Assembly: GCA_040222015.1 (NCBI GenBank)
Contig: JAVJWO010000004.1
Span: 1-52,141, forward strand
Source: Coleofasciculus chthonoplastes F2-STO-03
GTDB lineage: Bacteria; Cyanobacteriota; Cyanobacteriia; Cyanobacteriales; Coleofasciculaceae
Length of the DNA stretch: 52,141 bases
Direction: 5' to 3'
Under the pieces are notes generated by a model that saw nothing but the letters and a program-made list of their open reading frames with translations, did no database searches and was not told where the DNA came from. A program made the position numbers and the translations under genes. Of the stretch, positions 20,242 to 30,553 are shown one piece after another (position 1 is the stretch's first letter; every line of letters begins with the position of its first letter).

Positions 20242-20313
20242 GCCGGTGTAGCTCAGTGGTAGAGCATTCGATTCGTAATCGAACGGTCAGCGGTTCAAAT
20301 CCGCTCATCGGCT
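20242..20313 (+). tRNA. tRNA-Thr(CGT)
   Basis: Cloverleaf: acceptor GCCGGTG/CATCGGC, anticodon arm TTCGA-TTCGTAA-TCGAA, T-loop GGTTCAAATCC; CCA not encoded. Confidence 0.95.
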
Positions 20314-20522
20314 TAATGTCAAGGTACGGAAAATAGGAAGGACATTAGGCAGAGGAGCGCGAGCGGTAAGCGGGCATGGTGATCGCTCCAGTTAGTAGAA
20401 TTTGACTTAGAGGAAGCGATCGCATCGTTAAAGGCAGGTCAGCCTGTGGTTCCGGTGTCGTTAGACCCGATTCATCAACGACTCAATCAGAAGCTACAAG
20501 TTCATCAGTAACAGAAGCATTT

Positions 20523-21650
20523 ATGGCAGAAAAAAACGGCAAGAAAGCACAGAGGAATGGGAATGGGGGTAAGTCCCTAGAAAATTGGATCTGGGATGCA
20601 GCTTGTAGTATTCGCGGGGCGCAGGAAGCCGCGAAATACAAGGATTTTATTTTGCCGTTGATTTTCACCAAAAGACTCTGTGATGTCTTTGATGATGAGT
20701 TAGACCGGATTGCCCAGAAAGTGGGTTCTCGCGCCAAGGCGTTTAAGTTGGTGGCGATGGATCAGAAGCTGGTGCGGTTTTACTTGCCTCTACAACCGGA
20801 AAATCCTGATGATCCGGTGTGGTCAGTGATTCGTAAGCTGTCGGATAAGATTGGAGAGACGTTAACGGGCTATCTGCGAGACATTGCCAAAGCCAATCCG
20901 TTACTGGATGGAATTATTAATCGGGTTGATTTTAATGCTACAACTCACGGACAGCGTGACTTGGATGATGACCGTCTCTCGAACCTGATTGAAAAAATCT
21001 CGGAGAAGCGTCTGGGGTTAAAGGATGTCGAACCGGATTTAATCGGACGCAGTTATGAGTATTTGATTCGCAAGTTTGCGGAGGGATCGGGCAGATCCGC
21101 AGGGGAGTTTTATACGCCGAAGGAAGTGGGCATGATCATGGCGAAGATTATGCAGCCAGAGCCAGGAATGGCGATTTATGACCCCTGTTGTGGTTCGGCG
21201 GGTTTGCTGGTGAAGTGTCAGTTGGTGCTGGAAGAGTCCCAAGGTGAGGAAAAATATGCGCCGTTGCAGTTTTGCATTGATATTGTTATTGCTCGTACTA
21301 AAAGCACTATTTCTAGTCATTTCTTAAGTCGCTTTTTTAATTCTCCAGTAGGCAAATCACAAGCTCTATCCGCCAAGCATGGTCTTGCTCAACAACACCT
21401 AAATGTTGGGGCTGTTAAAAATGTTATTGTTCCTAAGCCTCCAACTTTAGAAGAACAAAATGAAGTAGTGAGAATCTTAGAAGAAGTCGATCGTAAAATT
21501 AGAATTTGTCAAGCCAAAAAGACTTTAATACAAGACTTATTTCGCACCCTCCTCAATCAACTAATGACCGCCAAAATCCGAGTTGATGACCTTGACCTTT
21601 CCGCCCTCAACCTTGAACTTCAGGGAGGAAAACAAGATGCTCAAGTTTGA
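20523..21650 (+). pseudogene. In-frame fusion of type I RM HsdM N-terminus to HsdS C-terminus (internal deletion, junction ~21272)
   Basis: HsdM motifs WDAACSIRG, GEFYTP, YDPCCGSAG but no NPP(Y/F/W) catalytic motif; then HsdS end PPTLEEQNEVV...LLNQLMTAKIRV; AT content rises at the junction. Confidence 0.8.
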
Positions 21651-23598
21651 TGAACTCTGGGAACTCCTCACCGTCCAAGACGAGAGCAATATGATCGAGG
21701 TAAAATACGGCTCCGAAGTAGGAAAAAGCTGCCGAGAAACGATCAGCGCATTTTCTAATGAGCCAGGATTAGGGGGCGGTTATCTCATCCTTGGCATCCA
21801 AGATCCAACCAAAAGCCCAAGCGGACAATATGAAATCACAGGAGTTTCCAACCCTGACAAAATCCAACAAGACCTAACCAGCCTTTGCAACAACAACAGT
21901 TTCAATCAACCCCTCCGTCCGCGTATTACCCTCGAAACTGTTGAAGGTAAGACTATTGTTATTGCCTATATTCCCGAAGTTGCCCCTACCGAAAAACCTA
22001 TTTTCATCCAAAGTATCGGATTCCACAAGGGAACATATAGGCGTATTGGCTCCGCCGATGTTAGATGTACCATGACAGATTTACAAGTTTTTTTACAAGA
22101 ACGCCAAAACCAAAGCTACGACACTACTCCAGTTGCCGATGCCTTCCTTGATGACCTCGATCCTACTGCGATCAACGCCTATCGCCAACTCAGAGCCAAA
22201 GCCAACCCTAATGCTAGTGAGTTAACCCTAAGCGATCAGGATCTGCTGTATTCCATCAACGCGATTACCCGCAATCCAAAGAATCCTCAAACCTACTGCC
22301 CTACTTTCGCGGGAATCATCCTCTTTGGTAAAATGATCACCCTGCGACGTTACTTTCCCATGAACCGCATCGACTACATGATTGTCGAGGGAACTGAATG
22401 GGTTACTAATCCTGATGAACGCTATCAATCTCTTACCGAAATCAGAGAACCCCTGCTATTGGCTATCCCCAAACTCACTACCTTAGTGATCAATGACCTT
22501 CCTAAAAGTTTTCATCTGGAAGACAACCAACTCCAACGCCAAGACATTCCTCTCATTCCCAGTCGGGTGATTCGGGAAGCTATTGTCAATGCGGTGATGC
22601 ACCGCAACTATCGCGTTTCTAGCCCTATCCAAATCATCCGTTACGCCAACCGCCTCGAAATTCGTAACCCTGGCTATTCCCTTAAACCTACTGACGAGAT
22701 CGATCAACCTGGCTCGTTCACCCGTAATAATACTATTGCCTCGGTACTCCATGAGCTAAACATTGCCGAAACAAAAGGGACAGGAGGCAAAACCATGATC
22801 GAAGCCATGGTAGAAGCGAATCTAACCCTTCCTAAGTTTGATTCCCAAAGGGAAAAGGATCGTTTTTGCCTAACCCTCTATACGCATCATCTAGTAGGAA
22901 ATGAGGAAAGGGAATGGCTAAAGCAATTTCGCACTTTTAACCTAGACAATGAGGATACTAGAGCCTTAATTATCTTATGGCAAATTGGGAAACTTGATAA
23001 TTTTATCTATCGTGCTGCCAATAATGTTGAAACCCTCAACGCTAGTAGAAAACTCACTCGACTACGAGATTTAGGCGTTCTCGAAACCAACGGGAAAGGA
23101 CGAGCGACGTACTACACCCTTGACCCTGCATTTCAATCCGCAGAACAATTAAGGGCAGATCAGCTTAATCAGGACAGTAGTACGGCTAATCAGGATAGCT
23201 TATCAGGACAGTCTCCACAACCTAATCAGGACAGCTTATCCGGACAGTCTCCACAGCCTAATCAGGATAGTAGTAAACTCCCACCTGAACAGCTTTCCCT
23301 TAAATTGTTCCCTACCGTCGAAAAAGAGTCCCTTGAAGATCGGTTAGCAAGTATCGGTAAACGAACTCAACGAGAAGAAATCGAGGCATTAATTCTTGAA
23401 TTGTGTAAACGAAAAGCTCGCTCCTCTTCTGAACTAGCATCTTTGGTAAAACGGGAATGGAAATATTTATTAAAAAATTACATAAAGCCGTTAGTTGATA
23501 AGGGGTTACTGGAATACACCATCCCTGACAAACCGAATACCCCCGATCAGACTTACCGCACTTCGAGGGATGCCAAAAAACATCAACACCCGTTCTAA
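21637..23598 (+). CDS. AlbA_2/Schlafen-like domain + HATPase_c_4 + winged-helix protein
   Basis: ETISAFSNEPGLGGGYLILGI, REAIVNAVMHRNY, EIRNPG, ETKGTG; ATG 21637 after GGAGG; last residues overlap the hsdR remnant. Confidence 0.85.
   Translation: MLKFDELWELLTVQDESNMIEVKYGSEVGKSCRETISAFSNEPGLGGGYLILGIQDPTKSPSGQYEITGVSNPDKIQQDLTSLCNNNSFNQPLRPRITLETVEGKTIVIAYIPEVAPTEKPIFIQSIGFHKGTYRRIGSADVRCTMTDLQVFLQERQNQSYDTTPVADAFLDDLDPTAINAYRQLRAKANPNASELTLSDQDLLYSINAITRNPKNPQTYCPTFAGIILFGKMITLRRYFPMNRIDYMIVEGTEWVTNPDERYQSLTEIREPLLLAIPKLTTLVINDLPKSFHLEDNQLQRQDIPLIPSRVIREAIVNAVMHRNYRVSSPIQIIRYANRLEIRNPGYSLKPTDEIDQPGSFTRNNTIASVLHELNIAETKGTGGKTMIEAMVEANLTLPKFDSQREKDRFCLTLYTHHLVGNEEREWLKQFRTFNLDNEDTRALIILWQIGKLDNFIYRAANNVETLNASRKLTRLRDLGVLETNGKGRATYYTLDPAFQSAEQLRADQLNQDSSTANQDSLSGQSPQPNQDSLSGQSPQPNQDSSKLPPEQLSLKLFPTVEKESLEDRLASIGKRTQREEIEALILELCKRKARSSSELASLVKREWKYLLKNYIKPLVDKGLLEYTIPDKPNTPDQTYRTSRDAKKHQHPF
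23167..23274 (+). repeat. Intragenic 36 bp tandem duplication (NQDSLSGQSPQP x2 plus partial units)
   Basis: Units at 23188-23223 and 23224-23259; AATCAGGA starts at 23167, 23188, 23224, 23260. Confidence 0.85.
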
Positions 23599-25381
23599 TA
23601 TCTATATTCTGATTGACGAGGCACACCGCACCACTGGCGGGGACTTAGGGAACTACCTCATGGCGGGACTACCTAACGCTACCTTTGTGGGCTTCACGGG
23701 TACACCCATCGACCAAACTAGCTACGGTACAGGTACGTTTAAAACCTTTGGCATCGAAGACGATGATGGATATCTCCATAAATATTCGATTGCTGAAAGT
23801 ATCGAGGACAAAACCACTCTCCCCCTCTACTACAACATTGCTCCCAATGAGATGCTTGTCCCGGCTCAAGTTATGGACGAGGAATTTCTCAACCTAGCCG
23901 AAACCGAAGGCATTAATGATATTGCCGAACTCAATAAAATCCTCGATCGCGCCGTCAACCTGAAGAACTTCCTCAAAGGGGATCAACGAGTTGATTCTGT
24001 TGCCAAATATGTCGCTGAACATTATACTCAAAACGTTGAACCCTTGGGCTATAAAGCCTTTATGGTAGCTGTAGATCGTCCGGCTTGCGCTAAATATAAA
24101 CAAGCCCTAGATCGCTACTTACCCCCCGACTATTCCGCCGTTGTCTACACCGGAAACAACAACGACACGCCAGAACTCAAAGCCCACCACATCGACGGCA
24201 AAACGGAAAAACAACTCCGTGAAAATTTCGCTAAATTTGGGGAATATCCCAAAATCCTGATCGTTACAGAGAAACTCCTCACAGGGTTTGATGCACCTCT
24301 GCTCTATGCCATGTATCTCGATAAGCCCATGCGAGATCATACCTTACTCCAGGCGATCGCCCGCGTTAACCGTCCCTATGAAAACGAAGATCACGATATG
24401 CTCAAACCCCACGGCTTTGTCTTGGATTTCGTCGGTATCTTCGATAAATTAGAAAGAGCGCTTGCTTTTGATAGTAAAGAAATTAACGCGATTGTCAAAG
24501 ACCTAAAACTGCTCAAAACTCTATTTAAAAATAAAATGGAGGAGCAAGCCCCGACTTACTTAGATTTAATCCAACACAACTTTAACGATAAAGACGTAGA
24601 TAATATCATAAAAAATTTCCGTGACCCAGAGCGCCGGAAAGCCTTTTTTAAAGCCTACAAAGAGCTAGAGATGCTCTATGAAATTATCTCACCCGATGCC
24701 TTCTTGCGTCCCTATATCGACCCCTACACCACCCTGTCCTCTATCTATAACCTGGTTCGTAAATCTTATACCAAGCGGGTTTACGTCGATAAAGCCGTAC
24801 AACGCAAAACCGACGAACTGGTACAAAAACATATTGGCACAACCGCGATCGCAGCCATCACTGATTTTGTTGAAATCAACACCCAAACCCTGGAAGCAAT
24901 TCAAAATAAACCCACAGGAGCCACCACTAAAGTTATTAACCTGATCAAGAGCATCGAAAAGACTGCTGAAGACAACAGCGATGATCCTTTTCTCGTGGCA
25001 ATGGCAGAACGGGCGAAATCTATTCAAGATAACTTTGAGAACCGCCAAACCAACACCCAAGACACGTTAGACCTTCTGCTGCAATAAATCAAGTATAACG
25101 AACAGCGTAAAAAAGAACAGGCTGAACGAGGGTTCGATAGCCTCACTTACTTTGTCTATCAAACCCTTGAAAATGCCGGAATTAGCGACCCTGACTCTGT
25201 TAGTCATCAGATAAAACAAGCCTTCATCGAGCATCCCAACTGGCGCACCAGCGAGGCAGAATTACGCGAATTAAGACAAGAAGTCACTTTTGCCATTTAT
25301 GCTGAAATGGATGACTTAGATCAAGTAACAGCCGTTGTCGATCAACTTTTTAGGCTCCTGAGCCAAGCCTATGACCTCTAA
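23560..25381 (+). pseudogene. hsdR: Type I RM restriction subunit remnant, 5'-truncated, with premature stop at 25085-25087
   Basis: DEAHRT, GFTGTPI, LLTGFDAP, LLQAIARVNR present; nuclease domain and Walker A absent; frame stays open 97 codons past the TAA to 25381. Confidence 0.85.
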
Positions 25382-25691
25382 AGACAAAGCTACATTTAAA
25401 ACCAAAGTCTGGCAGTGGGCAGAAAAGCTCGATGTTCAAGTCCAGTCGATTATGTTTCGCTCAATGCGAAATAAATGGGCATCCTGTTCCTCTGCTGGAC
25501 GCTTAACTTTCGATACCTCCTTATTGGAGTTACCCCCTCACCTGCAAGATTACGCCATTGTCCACGAACTCCTACACCTACAAATCCCCAATCACGGCAG
25601 GCTGTGGAAGTGTCTGATGCAGGCATACCTGGGAGATTACCAATCTTACGAGCAAGAGTTAAAACAAATTGGGCGTGAGCGGCTGGGTTGA
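25371..25691 (+). CDS. YgjP/DUF45 (M48-like) metal-dependent hydrolase, common next to type I RM loci
   Basis: MRNKWASCS and YAIVHELLH (HExxH) + PNH. Confidence 0.85.
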   Translation: MTSKDKATFKTKVWQWAEKLDVQVQSIMFRSMRNKWASCSSAGRLTFDTSLLELPPHLQDYAIVHELLHLQIPNHGRLWKCLMQAYLGDYQSYEQELKQIGRERLG

Positions 25692-25824
25692 ATAGGAGCG
25701 CGATCGCATTTGCCTAAACGAAGAGATGCGATCGCTCATTCCGTTGTATGCGTAGTCACCCCTGAAGGGGCGCACGTCTATGCGCCCCTAAGGTCTTAAT
25801 GTTTGGGTTGGTGGCGTGCTTATC

Positions 25825-27126
25825 CTATCGGTGATCACTCGCTTCTCTTTCTCGCGCCGCCTTTTGAAAAAATTGACTGTACTGTTGATGACCTTTGTGA
25901 AAGACAAAGTTTAAGGTTAAAGGCTCATCGACATCACGAACATCACCAGGACCTTCGAGTACAACAATTTCATCGCCAGAGGTTTCATGCTGACCAATTT
26001 TCACCGACTTGCGATTTTTGACTTCACCTTGGCTACTATCGATATAGACAATAATATTGCCTGTATCCAACTCACGACCAATCGTTTGAATCAGTTGTAA
26101 AAAGTTGCGATCGCTCCCGCCTCGGCGAACCATTAATCGTCCCTGTATGTCTTCCACAGAGCTATTTACTGTATCTCCAACGCCAATCATCAGTGGCATA
26201 TCTTTTGGGTCAAAATTCTCTTTAACTAATGCCAATAATTCCTCTAATGTTTTTGGCGCTTGTCGCACATTAAACTCTTCCCCCAATGGATAGGAACCCG
26301 TCCGTTGAAAATAATAACGATTTAAAATCCCTAACACACCTGCTTCTTTAATCGCTCCTTGCAGCATAAATTGAAAATCAGTGGTTCCCGAATCCTGCCC
26401 TTGAGCTGGGCGCAATAGTTCCTGTCCATTTAAATCTCTGCCTAAGTTAGGAGCATAATGAACAAAAAACGAATCGCTTAATCCTCTAATTTTTGCCTCT
26501 TGTAACAGTTCTTGCATCAGATTTTGCATATCTTTTTGCAAGTCCATATAAATTTGAGGATATTCGCGTAGTTGGTCGTAAAACGTATTTAGATTCGCAC
26601 TAGGGGACGCCTTATTTTCTAAAACAGAAGCCTGAATACAGTCCTCCAAATTTTCAATTTCTGCGGCTGTACTCCTTTGCTCAAAAAAGCGGCGTAACCG
26701 TCGTTTAATTATCTGGGGAACTTCGGCTAAAAACTCTAATTCTGCTTCACTCACACCAGGATGAGACACATTCCCTTGGCGGTCTTGCCATTGCACACCA
26801 CCACCTGCTAAACCGGGGAGATACAAGCCTTTTGCCTTTACCTCAGCCGAATTACCAAAGGCGCGTTCAATAATACCATTAACTCCTCGTTCTCCAATAT
26901 GTTCTCCATTCGTCAGGACATAAAAATGACCCTCAAACGCCTGCGTCGCTTTGACATAGTTTCGGTCAATCACTCGCGTTAACGGATCTTTCACCAGTCC
27001 CATACAGACGCCATCTAAATCTTGGATAATTAGGATATTTTCTACCTGGGTCAAGACATCGACAAGGACTTCCGTCTTTAACGATAAAGTATGCTCATGG
27101 GGAAGAAGTTGAGGAGAAGCACTCAT
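25825..27126 (-). CDS. stpA: Glucosylglycerol-phosphate phosphatase (StpA/GgpP)
   Basis: IIQDLDGVCMGLVKDPLTR, LTNGEH, GTTDFQFML, GVGDTV, RRGGSDR. Confidence 0.9.
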   Translation of the reverse strand: MSASPQLLPHEHTLSLKTEVLVDVLTQVENILIIQDLDGVCMGLVKDPLTRVIDRNYVKATQAFEGHFYVLTNGEHIGERGVNGIIERAFGNSAEVKAKGLYLPGLAGGGVQWQDRQGNVSHPGVSEAELEFLAEVPQIIKRRLRRFFEQRSTAAEIENLEDCIQASVLENKASPSANLNTFYDQLREYPQIYMDLQKDMQNLMQELLQEAKIRGLSDSFFVHYAPNLGRDLNGQELLRPAQGQDSGTTDFQFMLQGAIKEAGVLGILNRYYFQRTGSYPLGEEFNVRQAPKTLEELLALVKENFDPKDMPLMIGVGDTVNSSVEDIQGRLMVRRGGSDRNFLQLIQTIGRELDTGNIIVYIDSSQGEVKNRKSVKIGQHETSGDEIVVLEGPGDVRDVDEPLTLNFVFHKGHQQYSQFFQKAAREREASDHR

Positions 27127-27331
27127 TAGTAAATCGCTGATGACAAACAGTTCATATTCTACCGTTCAGGGTTGATGATTCCTAGTTCATGGCTGAGTGT
27201 TCTCACATTAAGCGGAGGGCGACCCGACCTAATGGAATGGACGGGTGTTGTGAATTAGACCAAGCGGGTCGCCTCTACAGTCTCTATGACACACTATACA
27301 TTCAGGTTAGCTATAGGTAGGGTTTGCTGCA

Positions 27332-28645
27332 CTACAGCACTCTCAAAACACTGGGAATACTATCAACCGCTTCTAACGCCTGAATTTCGGCTAAGGCTTT
27401 GCGGAAGTTTCCTTCCCGAACATCATGGGTGACAACCACAATTTCAGCTAACTCGTTCTGGAAGCCAATTTGTACCACTGACTCTAAACTCACCCCATGA
27501 TTACCAAAGCTAATCCCCAGATGACCAATCACACTGGGTCTATCTTTAGTCATAATCCGGGCATAAAATCGAGTGACTAATTCTGAAATCGGGGCAATGC
27601 TGCAATAGTGTTGATGTACACAACTTAATAAGGGATGCAGGTGATGGGTTTCTCCCGCCGTTTTCAATACAGCCGCAATATTCAGAATATCCGATACCAC
27701 CGCACTTGCCGTGGGACCTGAACCAGCACCGGGACCGAAGAACATCACTTGTCCCAAGGGTTCTCCTTCCACCAAAATCGCGTTGTACACGCCATTAATA
27801 CTCGCCAGGGGATGGGCTTGGGGAACCAGAGTTGGGTGAACCCGAATCTGTAGCATGTCTGATTCGGGTTCACTGGTGGCAACCCTCGCCTCTCGCTTGG
27901 CTACCGCCAGGAGTTTGATCACAAAGCCTAAGTTTTTGGCGTAGGCGATATCGGCGGCGCTGACTTGGCGAATCCCTTCACAGTGAACGTCTTCTAACTT
28001 AATCCGTCCGGCAAAGGCTAAGGAAGCGAGGATGGCAATTTTATCAGCCGCGTCTAACCCTTCCACATCGGCGGTGGGATCAGCTTCGGCATAGCCTAAT
28101 TTTTGGGCATCTGCCAGAATATCGGCAAATTCTCCGCCCTCGCTTTCCATGCGGGTGAGAATATAATTGGTTGTCCCGTTGACGATACCGGTAATGCTGT
28201 GAATTTGATTGACCCCTAAGGACTGTTTCAGGGGTTGAATCACCGGGATACCGCCGCCCACCGCCGCTTCCAGGAGAACATAGACGCCTTTCTCTTCGGC
28301 GGCTGTGAAGATTTCTGCCCCATAGCGGGCGATAACGGCTTTATTGGCGGTGACAATATGCTTACCGTGGGCAATGGCGTTGAGGATTAGCGATCGCGCG
28401 GGTTCTAATCCACCGAGTAATTCAACAATAATATCAATCTCTGGGTCAGTGACAATTGACTCCAAGTCCGTCGTCATCACCTCAGGCGGCATTTTCACGG
28501 ATCGGGGTTTATCTAGCGATCGCACGCCGACTCGATGAATGTCAATCGCTTGCAGCAGGGGATTTCGACCCGTGGGGTCTTGTAAAATTTTTGCTGTTCC
28601 CGTACCAACTGTTCCCAGTCCCAATAAACCGATTTTAAAAGCCAC
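27332..28645 (-). CDS. hom: Homoserine dehydrogenase with C-terminal ACT domain
   Basis: GLGTVG, VTANKA, EAAVGGGIP, NGTTNYIL, GYAEADPTADVEG. Confidence 0.95.
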   Translation of the reverse strand: MAFKIGLLGLGTVGTGTAKILQDPTGRNPLLQAIDIHRVGVRSLDKPRSVKMPPEVMTTDLESIVTDPEIDIIVELLGGLEPARSLILNAIAHGKHIVTANKAVIARYGAEIFTAAEEKGVYVLLEAAVGGGIPVIQPLKQSLGVNQIHSITGIVNGTTNYILTRMESEGGEFADILADAQKLGYAEADPTADVEGLDAADKIAILASLAFAGRIKLEDVHCEGIRQVSAADIAYAKNLGFVIKLLAVAKREARVATSEPESDMLQIRVHPTLVPQAHPLASINGVYNAILVEGEPLGQVMFFGPGAGSGPTASAVVSDILNIAAVLKTAGETHHLHPLLSCVHQHYCSIAPISELVTRFYARIMTKDRPSVIGHLGISFGNHGVSLESVVQIGFQNELAEIVVVTHDVREGNFRKALAEIQALEAVDSIPSVLRVL

Positions 28646-28772
28646 AGCTATTATCCTAAAATTTTAAGCATTACAGAAAAGGGGTCATCTTTTCAAGACA
28701 TAATGTGAATCCTTGATCGAATTTGGCGCGAAGATCCCAACTCTAACCGTTGAGGGTTACTTGAGAAGGATG

Positions 28773-30284
28773 TCATTCAAACCAACCTTCATCCACATAA
28801 TTAATTTGGGCAAAGGGACTCAACGCCGACAACACTTGAGTGCCGTAACTGCGATGGTTAACCCGATTGTCTAATAAGGCAACAATCCCTTGAGAGTCTC
28901 GCACTGGTGCAACTGCCCGTTGTAATTCTCGCAACGCCGCAGGTAATAGATATAAGCGAAACCAGTCTAACCGTCGCTGTTTGTAGTACGCCACTTGACC
29001 TGCAACCCAAGGGTATTCTAGGGAGGGTAGGGGTAAGGTGGCAATAATTAACAGTTGGGGAGAGGGTAAAAACTGTTGCTGAGAGCGCCAGAATTCCCAA
29101 CCACAAACTAGAATACCATTTTCCTCTAGCTGGGTCTTTTCCACCTGGACTCGCGACCCAAATTCAGCGGCTAAAACTGTCCCTAACTGAGTTTTCAGAG
29201 GGACATCCCCGACTAAGATGACGATAGGTGTTTTCAGCTGATGACTTGCCCCTAAAAGCGTTCGCACTTGTTGAAACAAGGCATTTCGGAAGCGGGGCGT
29301 ATTCGGCATCGGTAGCCTGTCGGGTAAATAAAGCTGAATCAGTTTACTATGACGGTCAGGGGAAAATTTTAAACAGGTTAACTCTCCTAAACCCAGTTGT
29401 TGACGGTAAACGTCCGCCGACGCCTCCAAATCTAGCGCCCCGCCAATTAAGACTACCGGTTGTTCTGACCAGATACGGCTGAGGGATGTTGCTACTTCTG
29501 TGGGTTCACAATACAGGGAAAACTGACCTTGCGATCGCTGAATCGCTGCCCAGGTAAACTGATTGGATGATTGCCAGCATCGCCAAAACTGTTTCCAGGC
29601 GGGTGGTAGATAGGCAGACTCCCCACCATTTGCCGATTGTAAGATCTCAAACAACTCCTGGATAACAGCGTGTTCGCCCGATTCTATCAGATAGCAATCA
29701 TAAGGATTGGCTGGACGCTCAAATAAGCGTTTGGTTAGCCGCACCCGCCGATCCCGAATCCAATCTGACTTTTGCGGATGGGCTAACATCAGGTCATGCC
29801 AATGTTGAGGCTGAATCGTACTCTTGAGTTGATCGCGCACCCAGTCGTCTAAATCGTCCGCGTGGTCAATGAGGGTGGGAATACCTTGAGGAAACGCCCT
29901 TTTCTCCCCTAAACGATCTGCCAACCATGCTTCGGGAGTGGTAATTAGCAGTCCTTGAAAATCCTCATCTGGGAATGTGTCACCAACGTGAATCGCCTTA
30001 TTTGTACCCATCCATTCTTGCAAGCTGGGAATTTCGACCTGTAGCAGCCACGTTTGGACTAACACAGGCGCAACAATAATCACGGGTTCCTGCCAGATTA
30101 AAGCAGGTGCCAAGTAACTCAGACGATAGGGTTCTTGGGGACTTCCCGTTTGAATTAATGCAGAACGCCCCAAGCGCAAAGCCCGCGCGACCAGCCGCGC
30201 CATGGTTAAATGGTGGGGCCAGTTGGGTTGACCTTGCTCTCGCAGAAAGGCACGTAGAGAGGAATGGACTTCGACTTCAATCAC
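28773..30284 (-). CDS. DinG-like helicase homolog with degenerate ATPase motifs
   Basis: Helicase_C_2-like C-terminus (IIATLPLP...LQRAVAPVR...LLDNRV..RSYG). Confidence 0.75.
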   Translation of the reverse strand: MIEVEVHSSLRAFLREQGQPNWPHHLTMARLVARALRLGRSALIQTGSPQEPYRLSYLAPALIWQEPVIIVAPVLVQTWLLQVEIPSLQEWMGTNKAIHVGDTFPDEDFQGLLITTPEAWLADRLGEKRAFPQGIPTLIDHADDLDDWVRDQLKSTIQPQHWHDLMLAHPQKSDWIRDRRVRLTKRLFERPANPYDCYLIESGEHAVIQELFEILQSANGGESAYLPPAWKQFWRCWQSSNQFTWAAIQRSQGQFSLYCEPTEVATSLSRIWSEQPVVLIGGALDLEASADVYRQQLGLGELTCLKFSPDRHSKLIQLYLPDRLPMPNTPRFRNALFQQVRTLLGASHQLKTPIVILVGDVPLKTQLGTVLAAEFGSRVQVEKTQLEENGILVCGWEFWRSQQQFLPSPQLLIIATLPLPSLEYPWVAGQVAYYKQRRLDWFRLYLLPAALRELQRAVAPVRDSQGIVALLDNRVNHRSYGTQVLSALSPFAQINYVDEGWFE

Positions 30285-30457
30285 GTTAATCTCGTGTCTG
30301 AATGTTCCCAGAACTATAGACAGCTATTCTGATCTTGCCTCAACCTGAGGATGAGTCCCTTGGACTGAATTTTGGAACTTATCTAGTTTGACATAAGAAT
30401 CGAGGATTAGGTCTACCAGTGCGTTAACCCCCCCAACCCTTACCATTGGAGGGGAGC

Positions 30458-30520
30458 AGGGCGGGTTTTGTACAAAGGTTATGGGCGAGATGCAAAGTTA
30501 ATCCCTAAACCCGCCCCTAC
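30458..30520 (-). repeat. GTAG-REP-like hairpin (GGGCGGGTTT family)
   Basis: AGGGCGGGTTT...AAACCCGCCCCTAC. Confidence 0.8.
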
Positions 30521-30553
30521 ATTGGATTTTCTGTCCCGATATCAGATGTTCCC

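Noticed and set aside
19964..20308. 114 aa ORF on the minus strand
   Set aside because: Antisense to tRNA-Thr and overlaps its promoter region
20314..25800. Integrative element with att duplication of the tRNA-Thr 3' end
   Set aside because: No integrase and no convincing repeat of the tRNA 3' end found near 25700-25800
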